The notes: generated by a model from the sequence alone, not told the origin. Shown: positions 37,577-47,788, numbered from the stretch's first letter. The stretch: 64,000 nt of DNA from a bacterium (GCA_043798995.1 JAZDOD010000004.1:47860-111859); one strand, 5' to 3'. Made by a program: numbers and translations.

Positions 37577-39280
37577 TTACTTCCCAATCTCTATAGTCTC
37601 TATTTTACGCCAGGGGAGTTTGCGTGAAAGCGTCTGGTAAAAATTAATCATTTCCTCGGATTTTAACCACAAAGCCGCATAGGCAAAAACCGCTACGCCC
37701 AAAATACTGGCCAAACTAAACTGCAAAAACACTCCCCCAAAAGTATTAACACTAAATAAATAATTAGCCAAATGTTTCATCAACTGAATAACCGCGGCCA
37801 TAGCCGCTGAAGCCAGAAAAATCTTACTAATTGATGAATAGATTTTCCGACCGTCAAGCCGGCCTAATTTTCGCCAAAGCAAATAAATCAAAAACAAAAA
37901 ATTTAAAATACTAGCTAAAGAAAAAGCCAAAGCCAATCCTATCACCCTTATATCCATAATATCCCCTATTCTTAAGACAAAACCTAAAAAATCTTTTAAA
38001 AAACCGGCTTCAAGCCAGCGGACAAACAAAACACTAAAAATAATATTAATGAAAATTGTAGCAAAACTTATTAAAACCGGTCTGATAGTATCCTGTTTAG
38101 CATAAAAAGCCCGGGCAATCAAGGGTACTAGACTCTGGGAAAAAAGACTTAAAGCCAAGAGCCCCAAACAAGCTGCGGCCAAGCGGGTGTTATACCAATT
38201 AAAAAGCTGTGTTCCCAAAACCAAACGAATAATTTGAGCGCGTAAAAAATAAAGAATAACCGTGGACGGAATGACAAAAAATAAAATCTGGCGAAAGGTT
38301 TGGGAAAAATGTTTAATAAACGAATCCTTATCAGCGCCGGAAGCAAGTAAAGAAAGCGAAGGAAAAGCGGCCATAGCATAAGATATACCAACAACTCCCA
38401 CGACTAAACTGGCTAGATTATTAACCTGATTCAAAATTGTAATACTGCCAAAAGCCAAAGTTGAACCTATAATTGAACCAACGAGAAGCGCTACTTGCGA
38501 GGTATCAATGCCGAAAATTCGCGGCAAAAATAATTTGCCAATTTTCCGGATGGCAGGATGAGATAAATTCAAACTAAACCGATAACGATAGCCAATTTTA
38601 AAAATTAAAGGCAGTTGACAGCTAAGATGTAAAATTGCGCCGATAATTACGCCATAGACCAAACCCTTAAGACCAAATTTTTTTGACAAAACTATTGCGC
38701 CGAAAATTATGCCCAGATTATAAAGCACCGGCGCCAAAGAAACTAAAAAAAATCTTTTGGTGGCGTTTAAAACCGAAGAAAAAATAGAGCTTAAACTGAA
38801 AATAAACGGCGAAAGCATTAATAATCTGGCAAGTTCAATTGTGACTTTCTTTTTTTCCGGAGAAAAGCCCAGGGCAATAAAATCAATTAATTTCGGCGTG
38901 AAAATAAAACCTAAAAAACTCAGAAGCCCCATTATTAAAATGGTCAAATTTAAAACTGAATTGGTAATCTGCCAGGGTTCTGAATCGGAAGGAATATAAT
39001 TTAAATTTTGCGAAGTTTCTTTTTCTTTCTTTTTTGTTAAATATTCAGTAAAAATCGGAATAAACGCAGCGGATAAGGTTCCTAAAATCAAAAGATTATA
39101 AACAAAATTAGGGATCTGAAAAGCGGCGTAATAGCAATCAAGCTGCGAGGGTGTAAAAACGCTGTTGATGATTCTTTCGCGGATAACGCCTAAAAACCGG
39201 CTGGCCAAACTGGCCGTCGCAATCACCACCGCGGCGGCAGTAATAGTTTTTGATTGTCCGTTGAGAAGATTTTTCAGCAT
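37577..39280 (-). CDS. murJ: lipid II flippase MurJ (MviN family)
   Basis: 567 aa, 14 TM MOP-superfamily topology, sits with murB/murC/murG. Confidence 0.8.
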   Translation of the reverse strand: MLKNLLNGQSKTITAAAVVIATASLASRFLGVIRERIINSVFTPSQLDCYYAAFQIPNFVYNLLILGTLSAAFIPIFTEYLTKKKEKETSQNLNYIPSDSEPWQITNSVLNLTILIMGLLSFLGFIFTPKLIDFIALGFSPEKKKVTIELARLLMLSPFIFSLSSIFSSVLNATKRFFLVSLAPVLYNLGIIFGAIVLSKKFGLKGLVYGVIIGAILHLSCQLPLIFKIGYRYRFSLNLSHPAIRKIGKLFLPRIFGIDTSQVALLVGSIIGSTLAFGSITILNQVNNLASLVVGVVGISYAMAAFPSLSLLASGADKDSFIKHFSQTFRQILFFVIPSTVILYFLRAQIIRLVLGTQLFNWYNTRLAAACLGLLALSLFSQSLVPLIARAFYAKQDTIRPVLISFATIFINIIFSVLFVRWLEAGFLKDFLGFVLRIGDIMDIRVIGLALAFSLASILNFLFLIYLLWRKLGRLDGRKIYSSISKIFLASAAMAAVIQLMKHLANYLFSVNTFGGVFLQFSLASILGVAVFAYAALWLKSEEMINFYQTLSRKLPWRKIETIEIGK

Positions 39281-39284
39281 AAAT

Positions 39285-40301
39285 TCAAAATCCTAAATAC
39301 TTAATTTCTTCCTCTAACTCTATGCCAAACTTTTTCTTAACTTTTCTTTTGGCCAAATTAATAAGATAAATTACATCCTGAGCTTTAGCGCCGCCTAAAT
39401 TAACTATAAAGTTAGCGTGCTTTTCAGCAATCTGGGCTTGGCTCTGCTTTTTACCGCGAAGACCGACTTTTTCTATCAAATAACCGGCCGGGAATTTTCC
39501 GCCTTTGATTTTCTCCTCGGGAATAGTTCTAAGAATGTTTTTATTTTTTAAGCTGGCAATTTCAATATTTTTAAAAACACTGCCGGCTGAAAATTCTAAG
39601 GGTTGGGCTTTTTTCCGATAATTTAAATGCTTATTAATCTTTTTTTGAATTTCAGTTTTATCCCTTTTTCTTAATCGTAATTCAACTGAAAGAATAATTA
39701 AATCTTTATTATACTTAAAAATACTATTTCTGTAACCAAATTCGCAATCTTTATTTATTAAACTTTTAACTTTTGATTTGTAATTTTGACTTTTGACTTT
39801 TGACTTTTGACTTTTTATTGGCAAGGTATCTAAAACTTTAACCGATTCTACAATATCCGCCATTGATTGTCCAAAAGCACCAGCGTTACCTACAACCGCT
39901 CCTCCAACCGTGCCCGGAATCCCAGCGGCCCACTCTATGCCGGTTAGATTATTCTTGATTGTTTCCGCTACTAACCTACTGAGTAAAACCCCGGCGTCGG
40001 CTTCAATAACTTTTAAATTTTGAATTAAACTTTTAACTTTTAACTTTTGACTTAAACTTTTGACTTTTATCCGCCAGCTGGCGGATTTAATTTTTATAAT
40101 AAGTCCGCCGTATCCCTTATCGCTCACCAGCAAATTGCTTCCACCACCAAAAATAAAATAAGACACTTTGTTTTCTTTCGCCCATTTTATAGCTTTCGCT
40201 AAATCATTGGCATTTTGGGCCGCAAAAAAATATTTGGCTGGCCCGCCAATTTTAAAAGTAGTGTGTTTTGCCAAAGAGATATTTTTTTTAATACTAATCA
40301 T
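39285..40301 (-). CDS. murB: UDP-N-acetylenolpyruvoylglucosamine reductase MurB carrying two in-frame heptamer-repeat insertions
   Basis: FAD-binding FGGGSNLL, GIPGTVGGAVVGNAGAFG; extra K/S/V/Q-rich loops encoded by (GTCAAAA)n runs. Confidence 0.85.
   Translation of the reverse strand: MISIKKNISLAKHTTFKIGGPAKYFFAAQNANDLAKAIKWAKENKVSYFIFGGGSNLLVSDKGYGGLIIKIKSASWRIKVKSLSQKLKVKSLIQNLKVIEADAGVLLSRLVAETIKNNLTGIEWAAGIPGTVGGAVVGNAGAFGQSMADIVESVKVLDTLPIKSQKSKVKSQNYKSKVKSLINKDCEFGYRNSIFKYNKDLIILSVELRLRKRDKTEIQKKINKHLNYRKKAQPLEFSAGSVFKNIEIASLKNKNILRTIPEEKIKGGKFPAGYLIEKVGLRGKKQSQAQIAEKHANFIVNLGGAKAQDVIYLINLAKRKVKKKFGIELEEEIKYLGF
39765..39817. repeat. (TTTTGAC)n heptamer microsatellite inside murB
   Basis: TTTTGACTTTTGACTTTTGACTTTTGAC translated in frame as KSQKSKVKSQ... 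Confidence 0.55.
40011..40070. repeat. degenerate TTTTAAC/TTTTGAC heptamer run inside murB
   Basis: AACTTTTAACTTTTAACTTTTGACTTAAACTTTTGACTTTT translated as IKVKSLSQKLKVKSL. Confidence 0.5.
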
Positions 40302-40863
40302 TAATTTTTTCCTTTATTTTCTTTCCTAATTTTATTAATTTTCTTCTCTCTGTTTTAGGTTCCTCATGTAATGAGTATATACTACCCATAACTTTAATGC
40401 CCATTATCTTGCAGAAATCTTTCATTACTCTTAAACAGGCAAGTGCAGATTTCGTTTCTTCTTTATGCCATTTACACTTTCCATTTTTGTCAAACTCAAG
40501 TTCGTCTTTGAAATTTCCCGTGGTGAGTAAGATCGATTTTTTTGTTTCTAATTTTTTTGAAAAATAAAACGGCAAACATCTATCCATAAAATTTTTCATC
40601 GTTCCAGAAACGTTGTTGAAATAAGTTGGGCTCCCTAAAACTATGATATCTGCTTCTGTTAATTTCTTGTATATTTTTTGCATATCGTCATTTATACTAC
40701 ATCTATAGGATTTATGACATTTTCTGCAATCAATACAGGAAAAAATTCTTTTATTTTTTAATAAAATTAATTCAGATTTTTGCCCAGTGGCATTAAGAAG
40801 CGTCCTCAGCATGTAATTAGTACTTTTATTTCTGGGACTTCCCGATATACCAATTATTCTCAT
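40294..40863 (-). CDS. iron-sulfur flavoprotein-like NAD(P)H-dependent FMN reductase family protein
   Basis: MRIIGISGSPR flavodoxin-like N-terminus and compact CxxCxxCx5C motif (CIDCRKCHKSYRC). Confidence 0.6.
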   Translation of the reverse strand: MRIIGISGSPRNKSTNYMLRTLLNATGQKSELILLKNKRIFSCIDCRKCHKSYRCSINDDMQKIYKKLTEADIIVLGSPTYFNNVSGTMKNFMDRCLPFYFSKKLETKKSILLTTGNFKDELEFDKNGKCKWHKEETKSALACLRVMKDFCKIMGIKVMGSIYSLHEEPKTERRKLIKLGKKIKEKIND

Positions 40864-40911
40864 AAAATTTATTTATTTAAAATTTTTAAATTTAAAATGA
40901 GTTCCAAATTT

Positions 40912-40927
40912 TTACAGTATACTGTAA
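40912..40927. promoter_or_regulatory. 16-bp palindromic operator core upstream of the Isf-like gene
   Basis: TTACAGTATACTGTAA, identical to the core of the 40-bp palindrome at 41370. Confidence 0.45.
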
Positions 40928-40930
40928 TAG

Positions 40931-41359
40931 TTATTTTTTATTTGTCAGGTTAAATAATAAAAAATGAAGTGGATATTTTTTCTTAAGCCAGTCAACGGAA
41001 AATGGTAAATTACTCCTTGCCCTTATTTGCTTTTCTTCCGGATATTTCTTTTTATATTTCTTAATTATTTCCTTATAACCACCAAAACCATAACGAAGCC
41101 AGCGATCGACTTGGCGAATTGTGGAAAAACCAACACCCAATTTTTTTCTTATATCTTTGTAGAAATAACCTTCTAAAAGCATTTTGGCTACCTGAATCCG
41201 CCGTGAAATCATAACTACTTCACTAAGCGTTAAAAGATCTTTAAAAAATCTTTTTACCTCGTCCCTACTTTTCAATAAACTTACCATTGAATAAAATTCT
41301 CCGAGATATATTTTTCTTTCGGTTTGAGAAAGATTTCTATATTTTACTTTACCAGCCAT
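40931..41359 (-). CDS. TrpR-like DNA-binding protein (YerC/YecD family)
   Basis: Aligns over most of its length to YerC-type TrpR-fold proteins (RIQVAKMLLEGYFYKDIRKKLGVGFSTIRQV). Confidence 0.7.
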   Translation of the reverse strand: MAGKVKYRNLSQTERKIYLGEFYSMVSLLKSRDEVKRFFKDLLTLSEVVMISRRIQVAKMLLEGYFYKDIRKKLGVGFSTIRQVDRWLRYGFGGYKEIIKKYKKKYPEEKQIRARSNLPFSVDWLKKKYPLHFLLFNLTNKK

Positions 41360-41369
41360 AAAATTAGTT

Positions 41370-41409
41370 CCAATCCCCAGATTACAGTATACTGTAATCT
41401 GGGGATTGG
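41370..41409. promoter_or_regulatory. 40-bp perfect palindrome, candidate autoregulatory operator
   Basis: CCAATCCCCAGATTACAGTATACTGTAATCTGGGGATTGG, 11 nt upstream of the regulator start codon. Confidence 0.5.
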
Positions 41410-41532
41410 AGCAAATCGAAAATTTTGATTTATTTTGTAAGTTTTATGGGTTCTTTGGCATTAATAACAGCGTGAGCGCGGTCATCATTGTTAAAATAGA
41501 TATAAACTGGCAGATTCTTTTTTGCCATTTTT

Positions 41533-42909
41533 TTATTTTTTGGCTAACAACTTCTCTCCTACTTTCCAAACATCCCCTGCGCCCATGGTGACCACCAAAT
41601 CGCCTTGAGTTAATTTTGGCGCCAAATAATCAGATACTTCTTCAATCGTCGGAATATAAATTACATCGCGATGATATTTTTTTGTCTCTCTGACCAAATC
41701 GCGCGAATGAACTATGCCCGACGATTTTTCCCGGGCCGAGCCATAAATATCCAAAACAATCACTTTGTCCGCCTCGGTAAAAGAACGGGCAAACTCGCGA
41801 AGCAAGGCCTTAGTTCTGGAAAAAGTATGAGGATGAAAAACACACCAAATTTTTTTATCGCGATAAAATTGCCGGATAGCTTCTAAAGTCACTTTAATCT
41901 CGGTCGGATGATGGGCATAATCATCAAAAATCAAAGCATTGTGATAACTGCCCATTTTTTCCAAGCGCCGCGAAGTGCCGAAAAAGTTGGCGACTGCTTT
42001 CTGCATGTCCCCGATGTTTATCTTTAAATAATTAGCTAAGGCAATGGCAGCCAAGGAGTTGGCAATATTGAATTCGCCCGGTAAAGCTAAGCTAAAATCA
42101 GCTAATTTTTTTTTGGCCGAAAAAATTCTAAAATTCTGTTTGTTTCGTTTAGATCCAAGTTTTTCATAATAATAATCGGCTTGAGGCGATTTACCGTAGG
42201 TAATCACGCGGCAAGGCGCTTTTTGAGCAATGGCTAAAACGCTTTTATAATCATAATTAGCAATGAGCAAACCGTCTTCGGGCAATTTTGCGACAAAATT
42301 CTCAAAAACTTTTTTATAGGCCCTTAGATTTTCAAAATAATCAGGATGGTCAAACTCAATTGCAGTTAAAATAATGATTTTAGGCGTAAAATATTTTAAT
42401 TTATTCTGGTATTCATCAACCTCGGCCACAAAATACTGACTTTTGCCCACGCGAGCATTGGCCTGCCAGGCCAAAACCAGGGAACCAACCAAAACAGTCG
42501 GATCAAGGCCAGCTTTTTCCAAAATTTGACCGGCTAAAGCTGTGGTTGTGGTTTTGCCGTGAGTGCCGCAAATAGCAATGCCAAATTTATCATTAAAAAC
42601 TAAAGCTAAGGCCTCGGGGTAAGTCAATATTTTTAGCCCCGACTCTTTGGCTTTTTCCAATTCAACATTATTTTCAAGCTGGCTGGTAGTGACGACTATT
42701 AAATCAATATCGGCTGTAATATGATCTTTATTATAAATTTCAAAATATTTTATGCCAAGCCGTTTCAAAACTTCATCGGTCATAAATTTTTCTTCGGTAT
42801 CAGAACCGGTAATATTCAATCCTTGGGCTTGAAAAATCTGAGCTAAGGCCGTCATACCCACGCCTTTGATGCCGATAAAATAAACTTTTTTAAAATCTTT
42901 TAGATTCAT
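41533..42909 (-). CDS. murC: UDP-N-acetylmuramate--L-alanine ligase
   Basis: FIGIKGVGMTALA N-terminus, Mur ligase central domain GTHGKTTTT. Confidence 0.9.
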   Translation of the reverse strand: MNLKDFKKVYFIGIKGVGMTALAQIFQAQGLNITGSDTEEKFMTDEVLKRLGIKYFEIYNKDHITADIDLIVVTTSQLENNVELEKAKESGLKILTYPEALALVFNDKFGIAICGTHGKTTTTALAGQILEKAGLDPTVLVGSLVLAWQANARVGKSQYFVAEVDEYQNKLKYFTPKIIILTAIEFDHPDYFENLRAYKKVFENFVAKLPEDGLLIANYDYKSVLAIAQKAPCRVITYGKSPQADYYYEKLGSKRNKQNFRIFSAKKKLADFSLALPGEFNIANSLAAIALANYLKINIGDMQKAVANFFGTSRRLEKMGSYHNALIFDDYAHHPTEIKVTLEAIRQFYRDKKIWCVFHPHTFSRTKALLREFARSFTEADKVIVLDIYGSAREKSSGIVHSRDLVRETKKYHRDVIYIPTIEEVSDYLAPKLTQGDLVVTMGAGDVWKVGEKLLAKK

Positions 42910-42911
42910 AA

Positions 42912-44006
42912 TTAAACTCTGCCGTGTTTAATTTTAAATATAAGGTCAATGATTTGCGAGGCGGCGTGCTTTTTCATCGCTTGAGCAATGTTTTGCGAAA
43001 GTTCTGCCTGAAGATTTTCGTCTGATAAAAGTTTTTCTATTTCTGAAAATAAAATTTCTGCGGTCAGATTTTTCTGATCTAAAACTAAAACCGCTTTTTT
43101 ACTTTTTAAATAATCGGCATTGTCTTCCTGGTGGGTATTGGGCAAAGGAATTAAAATAAGAGGTTTGGCCAGATTGGCAAGCTCGGTCAAGGCGCCAAGG
43201 CCGGCGCGGCAAACAACAATAGAACTCGCCGCATAAGCATCTTTCAATTCATTTGTCAGAAATTCATATTGATGATAGCGGCTGGCGAGAGAATTATTCG
43301 GCCATTTAATTTCAACTGATTTACCCTGGCCTGTCAAATGAATAATCTGGCAAAAAGAAGCAAGCTCCGGCACGATTTGGGCAATTAGTTGATTCAAACT
43401 TTTGGCGCCGGTACCGCCACCCATAAACAAAGCGGTGGCTAAATCTTTTTCCAAGCCAAAATTTGTTTCGGCGCGAGCTCTGTCGCCTCTAAAAATTTCG
43501 GCTCTCGTTGGATTACCTGTCCAAACGACTTTCTCGCGCGGGAAATCACTAATTGATTTTTCAAAAGTAACGGTAATTTTGGTGGCACAAAAACTTGTCA
43601 AACGATTAGCTAAACTCGGCCGCAAATCTTGCTGATGAATTATAATTGGCCTGCCCAAAAGCCAGCCCGCCCAGACTACCGGCACTGAAATAAAACTGCC
43701 GGCTGACAAAACAATGTCAGGTTTAAATCTGAAAACCACAATTAAAGATTGAAAAAAACCTAAAACAATAAAAAACGGATCAATAAAATTCCGCAAACTG
43801 AAATAACGCCGCAGTTTCCCGTTAAAAATCGGCTTAAATCTGATGTTTTGTTCTTTAACTAATTCCTTCTCAATTCCGCGTCTTGTTCCCAGCCAATAAA
43901 ATTCAAATTCCTGGGTTGGCGAAGACCGGCTTTTCAGCGCCTCAACAATTGCCAAAAGCGGTGTCACTGACCCCAAAGTTCCCCCTCCGCTTAATAAAAT
44001 TTTCAT
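42912..44006 (-). CDS. murG: undecaprenyldiphospho-muramoylpentapeptide beta-N-acetylglucosaminyltransferase
   Basis: ILLSGGGTLGSVTPLLAI N-terminal G-loop, GT-B C-domain with GGTGA. Confidence 0.9.
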   Translation of the reverse strand: MKILLSGGGTLGSVTPLLAIVEALKSRSSPTQEFEFYWLGTRRGIEKELVKEQNIRFKPIFNGKLRRYFSLRNFIDPFFIVLGFFQSLIVVFRFKPDIVLSAGSFISVPVVWAGWLLGRPIIIHQQDLRPSLANRLTSFCATKITVTFEKSISDFPREKVVWTGNPTRAEIFRGDRARAETNFGLEKDLATALFMGGGTGAKSLNQLIAQIVPELASFCQIIHLTGQGKSVEIKWPNNSLASRYHQYEFLTNELKDAYAASSIVVCRAGLGALTELANLAKPLILIPLPNTHQEDNADYLKSKKAVLVLDQKNLTAEILFSEIEKLLSDENLQAELSQNIAQAMKKHAASQIIDLIFKIKHGRV

Positions 44007-44098
44007 ATATTTATCTAATTAAAGTATAGCTAATTTAAAAGAAAAAAGAAAACCGTAATTTGGCTTTCTCTTGCTAATTAAATTTAACCGATTTTCCT

Positions 44099-45238
44099 TT
44101 AATTGTAAATCATTGAACAAAAAATTCCCAAAAGAAAAATACCGATTAAAGAATAAATAAAAACTTTGGGCAATTTTAAATTATACTCCGGTTTTTTATC
44201 ACCATGTTTTTTGGCTTTAAGATAAATCAAAACAACGGCAATGCCATCAATACCTCCCATTATCGCGCCGACCAGAGCAATGATTTTAATAAAGTTGGCA
44301 AAACCGGCTAAAAATAAAAGCAGCGGCACAAAACAAGCCAAAAGCCAGGCTGTCAAATTTGTCAAATGATAATCATAAATAAAAGTTTCTTTAAGATGTA
44401 AGGCAATCACTAAAAAAGAAGTCGCTATTGCCAAAAAACCAAAAAGCGAACCAATTAAAACCATGCCATCGCCGAGTTTATTTTTTAAACCAGTAAGAGC
44501 TTCAGGCGAGGTTCCTCCGCCGGTAATGCCGATGACAACCAAAGTAAATAACAGATAAATGGCAAGCGGGATTAGCGTGCCTAAAATAATTGTTTTTTTG
44601 AAAAGTTTTTGCTTTCTTTTTAAAATTGATTTTAATTCCGGAATGGCAATAGCGCCATTAAGAGCAAAAAAAATAACGCCATATGGCAAAAAAACATCTT
44701 TTAATTTAATCGCCTGATAATTAACAGAATGAATTTTTGTTAATCCTAAAAATAAAATAATAACAATGGTAACAAGAAGAAGGGCGGTCAGGTAAAATTC
44801 ACTTTTCTTAATGGTCTTTAGGCCAAAATAAACTAAAATTGCCACGACGGCAAAAAAAATCAAACTATAAAAAAATGAATTGTTAATTAAAAATCCGCTA
44901 AAAATATTATTAAGAAACTCTCCGCCCAAAATTATGTAAACAATAGAAGAGCCATAAAGACCAAAGAGCGCCGAAAGAGTTAAAACCATTTTGGCCGGTT
45001 CGCCCAAATATTTTTCCCCGTAACCAACTAGGCGGTGAGTTTTTTCAGTCCGCAACACTACCTCGCCGTAAAGAAGGTGAATAATTATCATAATGAATCC
45101 TAAAACTAAAAGATAAACCAGGCCCAAAAAAATTCCGGATTGATAAATAGCGTAAGGCAGGCCAAAAATACCGGCGCCAATAATAGTGCCGATAAGAGTA
45201 GAAAGAGCGAAATAAAAGTTTTTGTTATAAATTCTCAT
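44099..45238 (-). CDS. amino-acid permease-like transporter (HAAAP/AAAP-type)
   Basis: 11 predicted TM helices, N-terminal LIGTIIGAGIFGLP motif. Confidence 0.45.
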   Translation of the reverse strand: MRIYNKNFYFALSTLIGTIIGAGIFGLPYAIYQSGIFLGLVYLLVLGFIMIIIHLLYGEVVLRTEKTHRLVGYGEKYLGEPAKMVLTLSALFGLYGSSIVYIILGGEFLNNIFSGFLINNSFFYSLIFFAVVAILVYFGLKTIKKSEFYLTALLLVTIVIILFLGLTKIHSVNYQAIKLKDVFLPYGVIFFALNGAIAIPELKSILKRKQKLFKKTIILGTLIPLAIYLLFTLVVIGITGGGTSPEALTGLKNKLGDGMVLIGSLFGFLAIATSFLVIALHLKETFIYDYHLTNLTAWLLACFVPLLLFLAGFANFIKIIALVGAIMGGIDGIAVVLIYLKAKKHGDKKPEYNLKLPKVFIYSLIGIFLLGIFCSMIYN

Positions 45239-45279
45239 TTTATAATTGTTATTTTAACCCTTAATCTTTTGTTGGGCTA

Positions 45280-46539
45280 CTACGTTCTTAACGCCTGTAT
45301 CGGATCAAGTCGCGCGGCGCGGCGAGCAGGTATTACACCAAAAAAAATACCAAAAAATCCGGAAAACCCTAAAGCTATTATAATGGATTTTAAAGTAATA
45401 ATAAACCCCCAGCCCGGCATGCCGTGAGTTACAGCAAACCGATAAATTAAAAATGAAATGGCGATCCCCAAAATTATGCCGGCAATTCCGCCAATAACGG
45501 TTAAAACAACCGACTCAACTAAAAATTGTTTTAAAATATCAGAATGGGAAGCGCCGACCGCCTTGCGCAGTCCTATTTCCTTTGTCCTTTCGGTTACAGT
45601 GACATACATCACGTTCATAATCCCCACTCCCCCAACTATCAAGGAAATCCCAACCAAAGCCAAAAGCAGTAAGGTAATTGCTCCGGTTACCGTTTCTAAA
45701 ATTTCTATTGCTTCGGCAATAGTAGTGACGGTAAAATCATCTTTATCCGGATCGGTGATATTATGATTTTCTCTGACAATCGTTTCCATTTGCTTTATTG
45801 TCAGCGGAACTTCTTCTTTGTCTTTGTATTGAGAAATAATGTGCAAAATATGTTCAACCCCTAAAATTTTCTTTTGCAAAGTTCTGACCGGTATATAAGC
45901 TTGGTCATCTAAATTATAAAAAGCCATTGACCCCTTTTTTTCCATCACGCCAATAACTTTAAAATTCTTTTTCTGGATTTTTACTTCCTTGCCTAGTGGG
46001 TCGCTCTCGCCGAATAAACCTTGTTTTAATTCCGAGCCTAAGACGACTACTTGGGTCAAACCCTTGTCTTCAGCTTCGGTAAAAAATCTACCTTGGGCAA
46101 TTTTGCCCTTGTCAATTTCCATATAAGAAGCGGTGGTGCCGTATAAAAGAGCTTTTTTTAGATTATTCTGATAACTAATTGGCTCCTGAGCTAAAATTCC
46201 CGCATAAGATTTTCTGATATTAGGCAGTTTGTCAACATCTTCCATATCTTTAAGTTTTAAAGTCGTAACTTGCACTCCCTGCGCCATAGCTACTCCTGAT
46301 TGCTGTTGCGATTGAGTTTTGTTTTTAACTGTATTTGGAACTTTAATTTCTGTTTCAATAATATTAGTGCCAAAAACATCTAACTGACCTAAAATTAATC
46401 CCTTAATACTTTCACCGGCTGACATCACAATAATTACCGAGGCAATGCCAATAATAATACCGAGAGTAGTTAGAGCAGTTCTAACTTTATTAACTCGTAA
46501 ATTATGAAATGATAATTTAGCGACTTTTGTGATATTCAT
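45280..46539 (-). CDS. ABC transporter permease, MacB/FtsX family
   Basis: N-terminal TM, large periplasmic MacB-like core domain, C-terminal FtsX 3-TM bundle. Confidence 0.8.
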   Translation of the reverse strand: MNITKVAKLSFHNLRVNKVRTALTTLGIIIGIASVIIVMSAGESIKGLILGQLDVFGTNIIETEIKVPNTVKNKTQSQQQSGVAMAQGVQVTTLKLKDMEDVDKLPNIRKSYAGILAQEPISYQNNLKKALLYGTTASYMEIDKGKIAQGRFFTEAEDKGLTQVVVLGSELKQGLFGESDPLGKEVKIQKKNFKVIGVMEKKGSMAFYNLDDQAYIPVRTLQKKILGVEHILHIISQYKDKEEVPLTIKQMETIVRENHNITDPDKDDFTVTTIAEAIEILETVTGAITLLLLALVGISLIVGGVGIMNVMYVTVTERTKEIGLRKAVGASHSDILKQFLVESVVLTVIGGIAGIILGIAISFLIYRFAVTHGMPGWGFIITLKSIIIALGFSGFFGIFFGVIPARRAARLDPIQALRT

Positions 46540-46542
46540 ATT

Positions 46543-47784
46543 TTATTCGTACCTCAACGCCTCTATGGGATGAAGCTTGGAAGCTTTGGCCGCCGGATAT
46601 AAACCAAAAACCAAACCCACGGCAAAAGAAATTGTTAAAGCTAAAATTATGGAAAGGGACGAAATAATAAAATCCCAATCATAACCTAAAACATGAGCTC
46701 CGGCAGCAATTAAAAAAGATATTAATACACCGACAATAACGCCGATTAAACCGCCTAAACCGGTAATGGTGATTGCTTCAATTAAAAATTGATTTAAAAT
46801 ATTTTGGTTGTTAGCGCCGACTGCCTTGCGCAACCCTATTTCTCGCGTTCGCTCAGTTACGGCTATCAACATTATATTCATAATACCTATGCCGCCGACA
46901 ATCAATGAAATGGCGGCTATCGCCGCTAAAAAATAAGTTAGAGCATTGGTGACTTGAGTTAAAACATCCAGCGCCTGGGCAGAGGAGCGGACAGAAAAAT
47001 CGTCATTATCTGGATTGGTAATATTATGACGGGCGCGCAAAGTTTGTTCCACATTTAAAATTGCTTGATTAATATTTTCTTTAGCATCAACCTTGGCGCG
47101 AATTAAACTAACATGGTTAATGCCTAAAAGTATTTTTTGAGCTGTGGAAATTGGGACAAAAACCTGATCGTCATAATTTTGAAAAGCAACGGTTCCTCTT
47201 TTTTTCATTACCCCGATTACCTCAAACATTTCTCTTTTGATCTTAATTTTTTGGCCAACGGCATCACTCTCACCAAATAAATCTTCTTTAACCTGACTGC
47301 CCAAAACAGCAACTTTAACCAAACCTTTTTCTTCCTCTTGATTAAAAAAACGACCAACTTCAACTTCGCCATTTTCTGTTTCTAAATAACCAACCGTTGT
47401 CCCGCTGATATTTGTGTCAACGCTTCTTTCACGCCAGCTAACTGTTGCCACTCCCTTGGCATAGGCAACAACTGAAACAATGTTCGGCGCATTTTTTTTA
47501 TCGGCCAAGGCCAACGCGTCATCATAAGTCAAAGTGGTAATCACAATGCCCATAATTGAAGCCGGCGGGCCGCTTTCTTCGCTTTTACCCGGCAAAACGC
47601 CGATTAAATTAGTGCCCAAACTTTTAACCTGCGACAAAATTAAACTTTGGGCGCCGGCTCCGACTGAAATAATAATAATAACTGCGGCCACGCCGATAAT
47701 AATTCCCAGCATTGTCAAAAAACTTCTCATTTTACTGAGAAGAAGCGATTTAACTGCAGTTCGACAGCAACTGGTAAGTAACAT
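46543..47784 (-). CDS. ABC transporter permease, MacB/FtsX family (second copy)
   Basis: Same architecture; paralog of the adjacent permease. Confidence 0.8.
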   Translation of the reverse strand: MLLTSCCRTAVKSLLLSKMRSFLTMLGIIIGVAAVIIIISVGAGAQSLILSQVKSLGTNLIGVLPGKSEESGPPASIMGIVITTLTYDDALALADKKNAPNIVSVVAYAKGVATVSWRERSVDTNISGTTVGYLETENGEVEVGRFFNQEEEKGLVKVAVLGSQVKEDLFGESDAVGQKIKIKREMFEVIGVMKKRGTVAFQNYDDQVFVPISTAQKILLGINHVSLIRAKVDAKENINQAILNVEQTLRARHNITNPDNDDFSVRSSAQALDVLTQVTNALTYFLAAIAAISLIVGGIGIMNIMLIAVTERTREIGLRKAVGANNQNILNQFLIEAITITGLGGLIGVIVGVLISFLIAAGAHVLGYDWDFIISSLSIILALTISFAVGLVFGLYPAAKASKLHPIEALRYE

Positions 47785-47788
47785 AAAT

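Noticed and set aside
41446-41532. 28-aa ORF directly after the murC stop
   Set aside because: Too short, no RBS. Likely chance ORF in the spacer.
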